Assembly (NCBI GenBank): GCA_034420575.1
Contig: DAOULE010000210.1
Coordinates: 1-53,436, forward strand
Length of the DNA: 53,436 nt
Reading direction: 5' to 3'
Origin: Dehalococcoidia bacterium
Lineage (GTDB): Bacteria; Chloroflexota; Dehalococcoidia; UBA2979
In this document: positions 26,375-35,708 of the stretch, one piece after another
How the letters are laid out: the number at the start of each line of letters is the position of its first letter
Numbering within the stretch: the stretch's first letter is position 1
Translations under genes and position numbers: made by a program
The notes under the pieces: model-generated
Database searches by the model: none
What the model was told of the DNA's origin: nothing
The model's input: the letters and a program-made list of their open reading frames with translations, nothing else

Positions 26375-27261
26375 GAGCCGACCGCGTCCGGGTGCTGCAC
26401 GGACGCGGCAACCTCGTCGCGGATCGCCTTCAGCCGGTGCACGTTCTCGAGGTCCGGCCCGTCGTTCTCGATGCCCGGCACCTCGAGCAGGAACGTCTTG
26501 CCGGCGAACGCCATCGACCCCAGCACGGCCCGGAAGCCGTCGTAGCCGATCTGCCCGTCGCCGATGTTCTCGTGGCGGTCGAGGTTCCCGCCGAGCTCGC
26601 CCTTCGAGTCGTTGGCGTGCGCGACGGCGAGGCACTCCAGCCCGATCTCCTCGTCGAAGAGCTCGACCATCTCCGTGACGCCCTCGGGCGTGCGCAGGTC
26701 GTGACCCGCCGCGAAGACGTGGCAGGTGTCCACGCAGACCTGGAGGCGCGGTGAGCGCGTCTCGCGGAGGATGACCCCGAGGTCGGCGAACGAGCCGATC
26801 GTGCCGCCCTGCCCCGCCGAGGTCTCGAGGGCGAGTGTCGTGTCGCCGGGCGAATCATCGAGGATGCGCTCGATGGCAGTGAGCACGCGCGGCAGTACCG
26901 CCTCGAGGCCGGCTTCGCGGTGTGAGCCGGTGTGGAGTACGAGGCCCGCCGCGCCCGCCTCGTGCGCGACGGTCAGCGCGTTGAGTACTGAGTCTATCGA
27001 GCGCTCGTACTGCTGCTCGCTCTCTGCGGCGAGGTTGACGAGGTAGCTGCCGTGCAGCCACGCAGGCGCGAGGCCGGCCTCGGCGCTGGCGGCGCGGAAG
27101 CGCTCGAACGCCTCGGGCTTGTGCTGCGTCTGCCGCCACGCGCGTGGCGAGCTGCCGAAGAGCTGCACGGCCTCCGCCTCGATGGCGATCGCGCGCTCGG
27201 CGGCGGTCCACAGCCCGCCCGAGGCCGAGCAGTGCGCGCCGATGACGATGGGCCCCGCCAT
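26371..27261 (-). CDS. nfo: deoxyribonuclease IV (endonuclease IV, AP endonuclease)
   Basis: 296 aa: IGAHCS...AVQLF...HGSYLVNLA...VLHTGSH...LALETSAGQG...VCVDTCHVFAAG...HANDSK...DRHENIG. Confidence 0.9.
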   Translation of the reverse strand: MAGPIVIGAHCSASGGLWTAAERAIAIEAEAVQLFGSSPRAWRQTQHKPEAFERFRAASAEAGLAPAWLHGSYLVNLAAESEQQYERSIDSVLNALTVAHEAGAAGLVLHTGSHREAGLEAVLPRVLTAIERILDDSPGDTTLALETSAGQGGTIGSFADLGVILRETRSPRLQVCVDTCHVFAAGHDLRTPEGVTEMVELFDEEIGLECLAVAHANDSKGELGGNLDRHENIGDGQIGYDGFRAVLGSMAFAGKTFLLEVPGIENDGPDLENVHRLKAIRDEVAASVQHPDAVGS

Positions 27262-27605
27262 CAGGCCGCCTCGTGCTCGCGTCGACGCCCGCCGAGGTGC
27301 GTGAGGCGGTCGATGAGCCTGCGAACGGGGAGCGCGATCACGGTGCGGTCGAGCGCGTCCTGCAGCACCGCCGGGCGCGGCAGGTCACCCTCGTGCTCCA
27401 CCACGGCGACGCCGCGTTCGAGGTCGACCTCGACGCTGTGCACCCCCTCGACGCCCGCGAGTGCGGTGCGGGTGCGGGCGGCGCAGAGGCCGCACACGAG
27501 GCCGTCGACTGCGAACGTGGTGCGGTCGTCGCCGCGCTCAATGGCGCGGACGGCGGGCGCCGTGCGCAGCCGCGAGGGGTGGATGTGCAGCGAGCTCCAC
27601 TTCAT
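27261..27605 (-). CDS. heavy-metal-associated (HMA) domain protein
   Basis: 114 aa with TFAVDGLVCGLCAARTRTALAGVEGVHSVEVDL, an MxCxxC-type fold with GLVCGLC. Its stop overlaps the nfo start by 1 nt. Confidence 0.7.
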   Translation of the reverse strand: MKWSSLHIHPSRLRTAPAVRAIERGDDRTTFAVDGLVCGLCAARTRTALAGVEGVHSVEVDLERGVAVVEHEGDLPRPAVLQDALDRTVIALPVRRLIDRLTHLGGRRREHEAA

Positions 27606-27712
27606 GGAGGCATCGTAGCAGCCGTTCGCCGCGCGGAGCCCCGCGCGTCTCCTTGCTGGCGCACGGGGCCGATGTTAGATTCCACCGGACGAAGTCTCCG
27701 AGGAGCGAAGCC

Positions 27713-28225
27713 GTGTCCTACTCCATCATCGAGACGTGCATCGGCTGCACCGCGTGCACCAAGAAGTGCCCGGTCAACGCCATCACCGGCGTCCGCGACT
27801 CCCTGCACGTGATCGACCCCGAGCTCTGCATCGACTGCGGCGCCTGCGGCGCGGTCTGCCCGCCCGAGTCGATCCTCGATGACCTCGGCGACGTCTGCCG
27901 CACCTTCCCCCGGCGTGAACTGCCGCTGGCGAAGGTCGTGGAGGACAACTGCATCGGCTCCGGCTGCGAGCTCTGCATCCACGTCTGCCCCTTCGACGCG
28001 CTGTCCCTCACGGACTCGCCCAACAGCCACGACTTCTTCGGCGTCGCGACCGTCGACGAGAAGAAGTGCACCGGCTGCCGACTCTGCGAGCAGTCCTGCG
28101 GTTGGGGCTCGATCTTCATCGACCCGCCGCGCGAGATGCTCAAGAAGCGCGTCTACCCCGTCGAGGTCCTCACGCCCAAGCAGGGTCGGGGCCTCACGCG
28201 TGCACGCGAGGCCGCGGCCACCTAG
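27713..28225 (+). CDS. 4Fe-4S ferredoxin-domain protein with four Cys clusters
   Basis: The tail of ORF 27461..28225, starting at GTG 27713. Cys clusters: CIGCTACTKKCP, CIDCGACGAVCP, CIGSGCELCIHVCP and CTGCRLCEQSC. Confidence 0.85.
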   Translation: MSYSIIETCIGCTACTKKCPVNAITGVRDSLHVIDPELCIDCGACGAVCPPESILDDLGDVCRTFPRRELPLAKVVEDNCIGSGCELCIHVCPFDALSLTDSPNSHDFFGVATVDEKKCTGCRLCEQSCGWGSIFIDPPREMLKKRVYPVEVLTPKQGRGLTRAREAAAT

Positions 28226-28265
28226 CCGCCGCCTCCGCCATCGTTCCTCGTCCAGGTGCAGCGCC

Positions 28266-28709
28266 GTGAGTGATCACGAGCGCCTCGCCGTGCAGTTGCT
28301 GCGGCCCGGCGCGCGCCTGCCCGAGCGCCAGAGCGCCCACGCCAGCGGCTACGACCTGCACGCCGAGCTCGGCGGCGGCTCCATGGAGATCGGCACGCGC
28401 CCGGCGCGCGTGCCGACGGGCATCGCGATTGCAGCGCCGGCGGGCCTCGACGTGCAGGTCCGGCCGCGCTCCGGCCTCGCGCTGCGGGGCGTCCTCGCCA
28501 CGTTCGGGACCATCGACGCGGACTACCGCGGCGAGATCTTCGTGACGCTCTACTGCCTGCCCGATCCCGGCCGCTACGTCATCGAGCACGGGGACCGCAT
28601 CGCGCAGCTCGTGGTAGCGCGCCTCGCGCCCGTCGACCTCGAGGTCGTCGAAGCACTGGACGAGACCTCGCGCGGCGCGCGCGGTCACGGCTCGACGGGG
28701 CAGCGCTGA
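28266..28709 (+). CDS. dut: dUTP diphosphatase
   Basis: The tail of ORF 27879..28709, starting at GTG 28266. Motifs: ASGYDL, RPRSGLA, GTIDADYRGEI and ERIAQLVV-like DRIAQLVV. Confidence 0.88.
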   Translation: MSDHERLAVQLLRPGARLPERQSAHASGYDLHAELGGGSMEIGTRPARVPTGIAIAAPAGLDVQVRPRSGLALRGVLATFGTIDADYRGEIFVTLYCLPDPGRYVIEHGDRIAQLVVARLAPVDLEVVEALDETSRGARGHGSTGQR

Positions 28710-28770
28710 GGCGCCTCGGTCCATCGCGAGCGATCGCGAGATGTCGAGGGCTCATGGTGCGGGCAAGGCG

Positions 28771-28794
28771 AAGGCGGGCCCGAAGGCCCGCCTT
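28771..28794. terminator. bidirectional-type stem-loop between convergent dut and the MIP-channel gene
   Basis: AAGGCGGGCC-cgaa-GGCCCGCCTT, a 10-bp perfect stem. Two more stem-loops follow at 28802-28844 and 28861-28883. Confidence 0.5.
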
Positions 28795-28906
28795 CTCACC
28801 GACATCTGCCGTGCGGCGGGGGTGATTAGATTCGCGGCAGATGTTGGCTTCTGAGTTGGTGCGCTACCTCTCGGGCGTAGCGCTGCTTCCTCTCTTCCAC
28901 AACGCG

Positions 28907-29644
28907 TCAGGGCACGCCGACCGGCGCGGCCTGCTCGTCGGCGAGCACGTAGTGGTAGACGATGGCGGCGAGCACGGCCCCGATGATCGGGCCGATCCAC
29001 CACACCAGGTGGTCATCCCAGGCGCCGCTCAGCAGCGCCGGGCCGAACGCGCGGGCAGGGTTCATCGCGGCGCCGGTGAGCGCGCCCACGGCGAGAATGT
29101 CCATGGTGAGGATGAGCCCGATCCCGAAGCCGCCGATGTTCGGCCCGCGCGGGTCGAGCGCCGTGCCGAAGACGGCGATCATCAGGAAGAACGTCGCGAT
29201 GGCCTCGATGCCCACGGCCTGCACGAAGTCGACGGCGGGCGAGAGCGACGGCGTGCCGAGCGTGGTCGCCTCGCGCATCACGTCGGGGAAGAGCGCGGTG
29301 AGGGCGAGCGCGGCCACGACGGCGCCGACCAACTGCGCGATGATGTAGAGGATCCCGGAGAGCGTGGCGATGCGGCGCGTGGCCCAGAGCCCGATCGTGA
29401 GTGCCGGGTTGAAGAGCCCACCCGAGACGTGCCCGACGGCGGAGACCATGAGCGCGATGGCAAGCCCGTGTGCAATGGCAATGGCGACGAGGTTTGCGCC
29501 GCCGGTGACGATGATGGCGCCCGCGCCGATGAAGATGAGGGCGAACGCGCCGATCGCCTCGGCGACGAGCTTGCGCCCCTCCTGCAGCGGATCAACAACG
29601 CCCACGCGGCAACCCCCCGCCGACCCCGTCCAGGGTGGACGCAT
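28907..29644 (-). CDS. MIP-family channel (AqpZ-like aquaporin), second copy in the window
   Basis: 245 aa with GGLFNPALT and AAMNPARA NPA boxes. An alternative start at GTG 29605 would give a more typical N-terminus. Confidence 0.88.
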   Translation of the reverse strand: MRPPWTGSAGGCRVGVVDPLQEGRKLVAEAIGAFALIFIGAGAIIVTGGANLVAIAIAHGLAIALMVSAVGHVSGGLFNPALTIGLWATRRIATLSGILYIIAQLVGAVVAALALTALFPDVMREATTLGTPSLSPAVDFVQAVGIEAIATFFLMIAVFGTALDPRGPNIGGFGIGLILTMDILAVGALTGAAMNPARAFGPALLSGAWDDHLVWWIGPIIGAVLAAIVYHYVLADEQAAPVGVP

Positions 29645-29676
29645 TCAAGCAAGAATCAGCTAATAAGTCAATACAC

Positions 29677-30969
29677 GTGTTCAATTCAGTTTTCCACACC
29701 GGCCGCGCTCTCCTCGTTGCGACCCTTCCGGGTATCGCGATCTTCGTTGCCGCTGCGTGCGGAGACGGCGGCGATGTGCGGATCGTCGCGCTCACGAAGA
29801 CCCCCACACCCGAGCCCACCGTGGCCACCGACGGCGGGCCGGCGTCGCCGCTGCCGCCGACCGCCGTGACCCCGAGCGCGACTCCGATGCCCTCGGGCAG
29901 CGTGCCGGAGCGCCCCGAGGATCTGCTCAAAGGCGGCGTGCCAGTCTCCAGTTACCTCGCCGGCGGCAGCGCCGACATCGCCGGCTGCCTGCCCGGCCTC
30001 GTCGCGGCCTGGGAGCTGGCGCCCGTGCTGGGAGAGCGCTGCGTGTTCGCCGACACCGACGGCGACGGCTCCGCCGAGTACGCGTTCGCCGTCAACGCCA
30101 CGACCGAGGGCGTCAATCCCGGCGACGTCTGGTTCTTCCAGGGCGCGGACGAGCAGTTTCGTCTCTTCTCCTCGGCGCGGCTGCTCGCCAACGCGGTCCT
30201 CGAGGACGTCGTGATCGAGGCGGTCGCGGACCTGACCGGCGACCGCTTCCCGGAGCTTGTCATCTCGGCGCGCGTCTGCAGCGCCACGGCGTGCGGAGGC
30301 CGCCTGCTCATCGCGAGCTCCCATCCCGGCGACTTCGGCGACCTCGCACCGGCGCAGCTCGACCTGGCGGACCTCGATTCGGTGCGGGTCGAGGACGTGA
30401 CGGGTGACGGGCTGCAGGACGTGATCCTTCGTTACGCGTACACGCCGGACCCCGACGCCGGTCCGCGGCGCGATGTCGAGACCGTGCTCAACTGGGCCGG
30501 CCTGAAGTTCTTCGACAGCGACCACCCCGATCCTCCGCGGTACCTCTTTCACGCCATCGTCGACGCCGACGAGACCTTCGAGGCCGGGAACTACGAGGCT
30601 GCGCGTGCCCAGTACGAGGCCGCGGTCGAGGACACCTCGCTGGTCGACTGGCGCGTCGAGGCGGGCGAAGGTTCGGGACGCCGCGAGCTCGTGCCATACG
30701 CCCTCGTGCGCGCCGGCCTCGCCGCCGTCCGCACAGGCGACAACGACGGGGCGCTCGCGCTCTTCTCGCGCGCGGCTGGAGGCTTCGCCTCCTCGCTCCA
30801 CGGCCAGGTCGCATCGATCTTCGAGGCCGGCATTGAGGGTGAGATCGCGCCCGCGGTGGCATGCACGGCTGCCGAGGACTACCTGCGGCCCCAGGCGCAG
30901 CGCTACGCCCGGATCTGGGACTACGGGTTCGCCAACCCCTCGCACCAGATCTCGGACCTGTGCCGGTAG
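29677..30969 (+). CDS. hypothetical lipoprotein with FG-GAP/VCBS-like Asp-Gly repeats and a C-terminal helical (TPR-like) region
   Basis: ORF 29635..30969. GTG 29677 gives a signal peptide ending in the lipobox FVAAAC. It also has DTDGDGSAEY and EDVTGDGLQDV. The upstream 70 nt are AT-rich. Confidence 0.65.
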   Translation: MFNSVFHTGRALLVATLPGIAIFVAAACGDGGDVRIVALTKTPTPEPTVATDGGPASPLPPTAVTPSATPMPSGSVPERPEDLLKGGVPVSSYLAGGSADIAGCLPGLVAAWELAPVLGERCVFADTDGDGSAEYAFAVNATTEGVNPGDVWFFQGADEQFRLFSSARLLANAVLEDVVIEAVADLTGDRFPELVISARVCSATACGGRLLIASSHPGDFGDLAPAQLDLADLDSVRVEDVTGDGLQDVILRYAYTPDPDAGPRRDVETVLNWAGLKFFDSDHPDPPRYLFHAIVDADETFEAGNYEAARAQYEAAVEDTSLVDWRVEAGEGSGRRELVPYALVRAGLAAVRTGDNDGALALFSRAAGGFASSLHGQVASIFEAGIEGEIAPAVACTAAEDYLRPQAQRYARIWDYGFANPSHQISDLCR

Positions 30970-31060
30970 TCGCGCGCGGGCTGGATTTGACCGCCGCCGC
31001 CGCCGCGCCCTACGGTGCTTTCATGGCAACGCAGACCCCGTGGCGAGGAACGTCCAGCCG

Positions 31061-31498
31061 ATGATCCGCAGCCTGCGCAGGGCAATCATGGTCATGGTGT
31101 ACGCTGTGCTCGGCGCGGTCGCGGGCCGCGTCGCGATGGACCTCAGGCAGCGCCAGCTGCGCGGCGAGCCCCTCGAAGTGAAGCTCGACGCCTCCTCGCT
31201 GCGGCCCCAGGAGATCGTGCCCGGCATCATCGCCGCGATGCGCGTGCGCGACCGTCCGTGGTCGTACCTCCACATCCCCGGCTGGTTCGCCGCGTTCGCC
31301 GTCAACTTCGCGGTATCCGCGCTCGGGCGCGAACTCCGGCCCCCCGGCGACGAGACGGCCGGCGACGCATCGCCGTCGTTCGACCCGGCTGCCAGATCAC
31401 GCACGATCCTGACGACGGCCGAGCACAGCCCACCCCCCGCGCCCCCCGGGGAGCCGGGAGCCGACGCCCCCGGGGGCTTCACGCCGTTCCGCGACTGA
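31061..31498 (+). CDS. hypothetical membrane protein
   Basis: The tail of ORF 30605..31498, starting at ATG 31061. It has hydrophobic segments (AIMVMVYAVLGAVAG, GWFAAFAVNFAVSAL) and a Pro-rich C-terminus. Confidence 0.5.
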   Translation: MIRSLRRAIMVMVYAVLGAVAGRVAMDLRQRQLRGEPLEVKLDASSLRPQEIVPGIIAAMRVRDRPWSYLHIPGWFAAFAVNFAVSALGRELRPPGDETAGDASPSFDPAARSRTILTTAEHSPPPAPPGEPGADAPGGFTPFRD

Positions 31499-31626
31499 CC
31501 CGCCTGGGGCGGCCCCTCGAGCGGGCTCCTGTCCGGCTAACGCGAGGGTGAGGTATCCTCGGTGTACCAGCACCGTTGTGGCCTCCGGCTACAACCGGTG
31601 CGGGCGGACGCCGAACGGAGGACGAC

Positions 31627-32199
31627 GTGGAACCCTCCGGCACGCTGTTCCTCGTGCTCCTCGGCGCGTACCTCCTCGGCTCGGTCCCCAGTTCGTACGT
31701 CATCGTCCGCCTCGTAGCGGGCGAGGACATCCGCCGCATCGGTTCCGGGAACCCCGGCACGATGAACGTCCGCGACCACGTCGGGTGGAAGCCGGCGATC
31801 GTGGTGGGGGCGCTGGACGTCGGGAAGGGCGCCGCCGCCGTCGGCCTGGCCTACTGGGCTGGCCTCGGCGATATCGAGGCGATCCTCGCCGGCATGATGG
31901 CCGTCGCCGGCCACGACTGGTCGATCTTCTTGCGCCTGCACGGCGGGAATGGCACCGGCGCCACCGTGGGCGCGCTGCTCGCGCTGCTGCCGGCCCCGGG
32001 CCTCATCGCGGCAGTGCTGGCGTTCGTGCTGTGGCGCCTCGGCGCGACGAGACGACTCGCAGGCCTGACCGGCCTGCTGTCCGTGCTGCCGATCGCCTAC
32101 GTGCTCGATGCCCCGCAGGCCCCCATGGTCGGCGTGGCCGTGCTCGTGGCCCTGCTGTTCGTGAAGCTGTGGCGGGTCGAGGGATTCGCCGTCGCATGA
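31627..32199 (+). CDS. plsY: glycerol-3-phosphate acyltransferase PlsY
   Basis: ORF 31576..32199. GTG 31627 has GGAGGA 6 nt upstream. Motifs: GSGNPGTMNV, DVGKG and HDWSIFL. Confidence 0.85.
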   Translation: MEPSGTLFLVLLGAYLLGSVPSSYVIVRLVAGEDIRRIGSGNPGTMNVRDHVGWKPAIVVGALDVGKGAAAVGLAYWAGLGDIEAILAGMMAVAGHDWSIFLRLHGGNGTGATVGALLALLPAPGLIAAVLAFVLWRLGATRRLAGLTGLLSVLPIAYVLDAPQAPMVGVAVLVALLFVKLWRVEGFAVA

Positions 32200-33059
32200 C
32201 CGAGACTCGCGATGAAGCACTGCCTCAACTGACCGAGCGATTCCGCACCACCATCGGCGAACGTGGACGGGACGTACCGCTCGCCCGCGCCGCACTCGTC
32301 GTCGCGCAGGGTGAACGCCCGGACCTGGACATCGAGGGGTACGAGGAGCAGCTCCGCGCATGGGGACAGAGCCTCGAGGCGCGCGTGCATCCCGCCGCCG
32401 AGCCGCTGGCGCAGGTGGAGGCCGCGAACGAGCTGTTGTTCGGCGAACTCGGCTTCACCGGCAACGAGGAGGACTACTCCGACCCTCGCAACCTGCTCCT
32501 CGACCAGGTCATGGAGCGCAGCACCGGTATCCCGATCACCCTCGCCATCGTCTACGTCGAGGTCTGTCGCGCCGCCGGCCTCGACATGCGTGGCGTCGGG
32601 ATGCCCGGCCACGTGATCGTGCGCAACGTCGCCCGCCCGGACGAGGAGACGCTGTTCGTCGACGTGTTCCGGGGCGGCGCCCTGCTCACGGTCGCGGACT
32701 GCGAGCGCATCGTGCGGTCGATCTATGGCAGCGCCACGCCGTTCCGCGACCACTTCCTGGATCCCGCCACCCCGCGGCAGCTGCTGCAGCGGCTGCTCTA
32801 CAACCTCAAGGCCACCGCGCTGCGCCGCGGCGACGAAGCGCAGGCGGAGCGTGCCATCGAGCTCCTGCTCGTGCTCGCACCGTGGGACCTGGACGAGATG
32901 CGCGACCGTGGCCGGCTGCGCGAGCGCCTCGGGCGCTATCCCGAGGCGCTGGCCGACCTCGAGACGTACCTCGAGTACCGGCCGGGTGCGCGCGATGCGG
33001 CGACGATCTCCGACATCGTGCGGTCGCTGCGGCGCCATGCCGGGGCCGAGGCATCGTGA
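32196..33059 (+). CDS. SirB1-family protein (transglutaminase-like domain plus TPR)
   Basis: The tail of ORF 31548..33059, starting at ATG 32196, which overlaps the plsY stop (ATGA). It has NLLLDQVMERSTGIPITLAIVYVEV...MPGHVIV. Confidence 0.7.
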   Translation: MTETRDEALPQLTERFRTTIGERGRDVPLARAALVVAQGERPDLDIEGYEEQLRAWGQSLEARVHPAAEPLAQVEAANELLFGELGFTGNEEDYSDPRNLLLDQVMERSTGIPITLAIVYVEVCRAAGLDMRGVGMPGHVIVRNVARPDEETLFVDVFRGGALLTVADCERIVRSIYGSATPFRDHFLDPATPRQLLQRLLYNLKATALRRGDEAQAERAIELLLVLAPWDLDEMRDRGRLRERLGRYPEALADLETYLEYRPGARDAATISDIVRSLRRHAGAEAS

Positions 33060-33167
33060 TACCGCGTCCCGGTACGCATGGCCGCCCCCGGGCTCGGCTG
33101 CTAACATCGCAACGGCGGTCATAACGGGCGGCATGCGCAGTCCCGCCCGTCTCGCCGAGGGGTCCCG

Positions 33168-33719
33168 ATGACGCAGGAGCCACAGCGCGCCACCGTCGAA
33201 TCCCTGTACACGGCCACCGCGCCCGCGGCGCGGTTCACCGTGTTCTCCGAGCGCCTCGAGTACGCCACCACTCACCCGTGCGAGTTCATCGACGTCAGCG
33301 ACGACGTCCGCGGCGTGGTCGAGCGGTCGGGCGTCGCCATCGGGCAGGTGCTCGTCTCCTCGGCGCACACGACGGCGGCGGTGGTCGTGCAGGAGCACGA
33401 ACCGCTGCTGCTCCGGGACATGGCGCGGCTGCTGCAGCGCATCGCCCCCGCCGACGACTACTACGAGCACAACGACTTCACGATACGCACGGTCAACATG
33501 GCGGAGAACGAGCCCGAAAACGGCCACTCGCATTGCCAGCACCTCTTCCTGGGCGCCAGCGAGACGCTGCCCATCGTCGAGGGGGCGATCCAGATGGGGA
33601 TGTGGCAGAGCATCTTCCTGGTGGAGCTCGACAACCCGCCGCTGCGCCCGGAGGGCCAGCAGCGCCGCCGCATCACCGTGCAGGTGATGGGCCTCCTCGC
33701 GGAGGACGCGACCGGCTAA
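33168..33719 (+). CDS. YjbQ/UPF0047 family protein (secondary thiamine-phosphate synthase-like)
   Basis: 183 aa: GQVLVSSAHTTAAVVVQEHEPLLLRDM...GHSHCQHLFLGASETLPIVEGAIQMGMWQSIFLVELD. Confidence 0.75.
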   Translation: MTQEPQRATVESLYTATAPAARFTVFSERLEYATTHPCEFIDVSDDVRGVVERSGVAIGQVLVSSAHTTAAVVVQEHEPLLLRDMARLLQRIAPADDYYEHNDFTIRTVNMAENEPENGHSHCQHLFLGASETLPIVEGAIQMGMWQSIFLVELDNPPLRPEGQQRRRITVQVMGLLAEDATG

Positions 33720-33785
33720 GCCTCGCGCCTGGCTCCGAGTCGCGGTACACTGTTCTGGTGTCATTCCGGTATCACGAATGGGAAG

Positions 33786-34034
33786 ATGAGCATGCCTAAT
33801 CTCACTGTGCGCGGCATCCCAGACGATGTCCATGCGGCTCTCAAGTCGGCCGCGGAACATAACCACCGCAGCCTCAACGGCGAGATCCTGGCGCGACTGA
33901 GCACCTCGGTGCGTCCCATGCCGGCAGACCGCGCGGAGCTCCTCGCGAACATTGAACGGCACCGTCGCGAAGTCGGCCCGCTCGACCTCGATAATGAGAC
34001 GATCACGGAGTTGAAGAACGCCGGACGGCCGTGA
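33786..34034 (+). CDS. vapB: type II antitoxin, Arc/FitA-like ribbon-helix-helix (VapB)
   Basis: 82 aa starting MSMPNLTVRGIPDDVHAALKSAAEHNHRSLNGEILARL. It overlaps the PIN gene by 4 nt. Confidence 0.8.
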   Translation: MSMPNLTVRGIPDDVHAALKSAAEHNHRSLNGEILARLSTSVRPMPADRAELLANIERHRREVGPLDLDNETITELKNAGRP

Positions 34035-34438
34035 TCGTCGTCGACACGAACGTCATGGTCGGCATGGTGGCCGGCGGTCCGGCCACCGAGAATGCCGCTG
34101 CGCTCTACGCGTACGACAGCGACTGGACCAGCCCCACCATCTTGCTGAGCGAGTTGCGGAACGTACTCCTCGGGTCTATGCGTCGCGGAGACCTCACGAT
34201 GGATCAGGCCAGGGCTTCGTTCGAATATGCAGCGAGAATACTCGGCAACCGAGTCAGACCCGTCGACTCCGCACAGGTGCTCGACATCGCGATGGAGTGT
34301 GGCCTGAGCGCGTACGACGCGGAGTTCGTCGCGCTCGCCCGGACGCTGGGCGTGCCCCTCGTGACCCTCGACGGCGGCATCCTGGATGGCGCGCCCGACG
34401 TCGCGGTGCGCCCGCGCGCCTACCTCGACGCCGTCTAG
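34031..34438 (+). CDS. vapC: PIN-domain ribonuclease toxin VapC
   Basis: 135 aa with MIVVDTNV...SAYDAEFVALA...LVTLD, showing conserved acidic PIN residues. Confidence 0.85.
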   Translation: MIVVDTNVMVGMVAGGPATENAAALYAYDSDWTSPTILLSELRNVLLGSMRRGDLTMDQARASFEYAARILGNRVRPVDSAQVLDIAMECGLSAYDAEFVALARTLGVPLVTLDGGILDGAPDVAVRPRAYLDAV

Positions 34439-34480
34439 CGTCCCCCTCCCCCAGACCCCGCCCGCCGCTACGATGGCGCC

Positions 34481-35659
34481 ATGAGTGCCCGGCCGGCTTC
34501 CGACGACTTCGCCCTCGCGCAGGCGGCGACGCCGCTCGCTCCCATCATCGACGCCGAGATTGCCGCGGCCGGCGGCCGCATCACCTTCGCGCGCTTCATG
34601 GAGCTCGCGCTCGGTCACCCGGAGCACGGTTACTACGCCCGGCCCGGCCTCGCGTGGGGGCGGGACGGCGACTACGAGACCTCGCCCGAGGTGCACCCCG
34701 TCTTCGGATACCTCTGGGCGCGCCAGGTCGCCGAGTGCTGGGAGCGCCTCGGTTCGCCGCCCGCCTTCGACCTCGTCGAGCCGGGCGCCGGCTCGGGCGT
34801 GTTCATGGCCTCGATGCTCGACTGGCTGCGCGCCCGCGCGCCGGAGTGCCATGCCGCCGCGCGCGTCACGGTCCTCGACGGCCACCCTCGACGCGTCGAG
34901 GAGCAGCGCGCCGCCCTCGCCGCCCGCGGCCACGACGTGCGCGCCGCGCTCTTCGCCGACTGGCTCGCCGAGCCCGGCCAGATCGAGGGCGTCGTCATCA
35001 GCAACGAGCTGTTCGACGCCTTCCCCGTCCACCTCGTCGAGCGTCGCGGCGACGAGCTGCGCGAGTGGCACGTCGTGCGCGGCGATGGCGGGCTCGCCCT
35101 CGAGCTCGGCGAGGCGAGCACCCCCGACCTCGCCACCTACTTCGCGCGGCTCGGCCTCGAGCCCGGCGAGGGCTGCCGCGCCGAGGTCTCGCTCGCCGCC
35201 GTCGACGCCATGCGCGCGCTCTCGGCGCGTGTGCGCCGCGGCTACATCGTCACCATCGACTACGGCTACGAGGCGGAGCGCCTTTACGCCCCCTGGCGGC
35301 GGATGGGCACCCTCATGGCGTTCCGCGACCACAGCCCGCAGCCCGACCCCCTCGCCCACCCCGGCCGCACAGACCTCACCGCCCACGTCGACCTCACCTC
35401 GCTCACCGCCGCCGCCGAGTCCGGCTTCGCCTCCGCGCCCCCCGTCTCCCAGACCGAGGCCCTCATCGCGCTCGGCATCGGCGACCAGCTCGACGCCGCC
35501 CGCACCCGCGCCCCCGACGACCTCGCCGCCTACGCCACCGCGCGCGCGGCGTCGGAGACGCTGCTGGACCCGGCGGGGCTGGGGAGGGTGCGGGTGGTGG
35601 TGATGGGGCGAGGGGTGGAGCTGGACGGGGTGACGTGTTTGCGGGGCGTGGGTGACTAG
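34481..35659 (+). CDS. SAM-dependent methyltransferase, MidA/NDUFAF7 family (DUF185)
   Basis: 392 aa: ITFARFMELALGHPEHGYY...DYETSPEVHPVFG...LVEPGAGSG...ISNELFDAFPVH...DYGY. Confidence 0.8.
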   Translation: MSARPASDDFALAQAATPLAPIIDAEIAAAGGRITFARFMELALGHPEHGYYARPGLAWGRDGDYETSPEVHPVFGYLWARQVAECWERLGSPPAFDLVEPGAGSGVFMASMLDWLRARAPECHAAARVTVLDGHPRRVEEQRAALAARGHDVRAALFADWLAEPGQIEGVVISNELFDAFPVHLVERRGDELREWHVVRGDGGLALELGEASTPDLATYFARLGLEPGEGCRAEVSLAAVDAMRALSARVRRGYIVTIDYGYEAERLYAPWRRMGTLMAFRDHSPQPDPLAHPGRTDLTAHVDLTSLTAAAESGFASAPPVSQTEALIALGIGDQLDAARTRAPDDLAAYATARAASETLLDPAGLGRVRVVVMGRGVELDGVTCLRGVGD

Positions 35660-35694
35660 TGCAACTGTTGGCGTGATCTGCTAGGGTCGTCGTC

Positions 35695-35708
35695 AGAACG
35701 CACGTTCT
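35695..35708. promoter_or_regulatory. perfect 14-bp palindrome AGAACGCACGTTCT (GAAC-N4-GTTC, Cheo/SOS-box-like) upstream of the R-M methyltransferase
   Basis: Read directly from the sequence. It is followed by a 7-bp stem TTCTCTC-n9-GAGAGAA (35705-35727) and a candidate promoter TCGACA-17-TATAGT (35734-35762). Confidence 0.4.

Noticed and set aside
31548-33059. Composite ORFs whose 5' parts overlap upstream genes: 31548..33059, 10853..12523, 40404..41600, 41724..42242, 27461..28225, 27879..28709, 30605..31498, 45552..46271, 48395..49435 and 52083..53099.
   Set aside because: In each case only the 3' portion shows family motifs and a sensible start with an SD-like element. The 5' extensions overlap better-supported genes out of frame, so the starts were trimmed.
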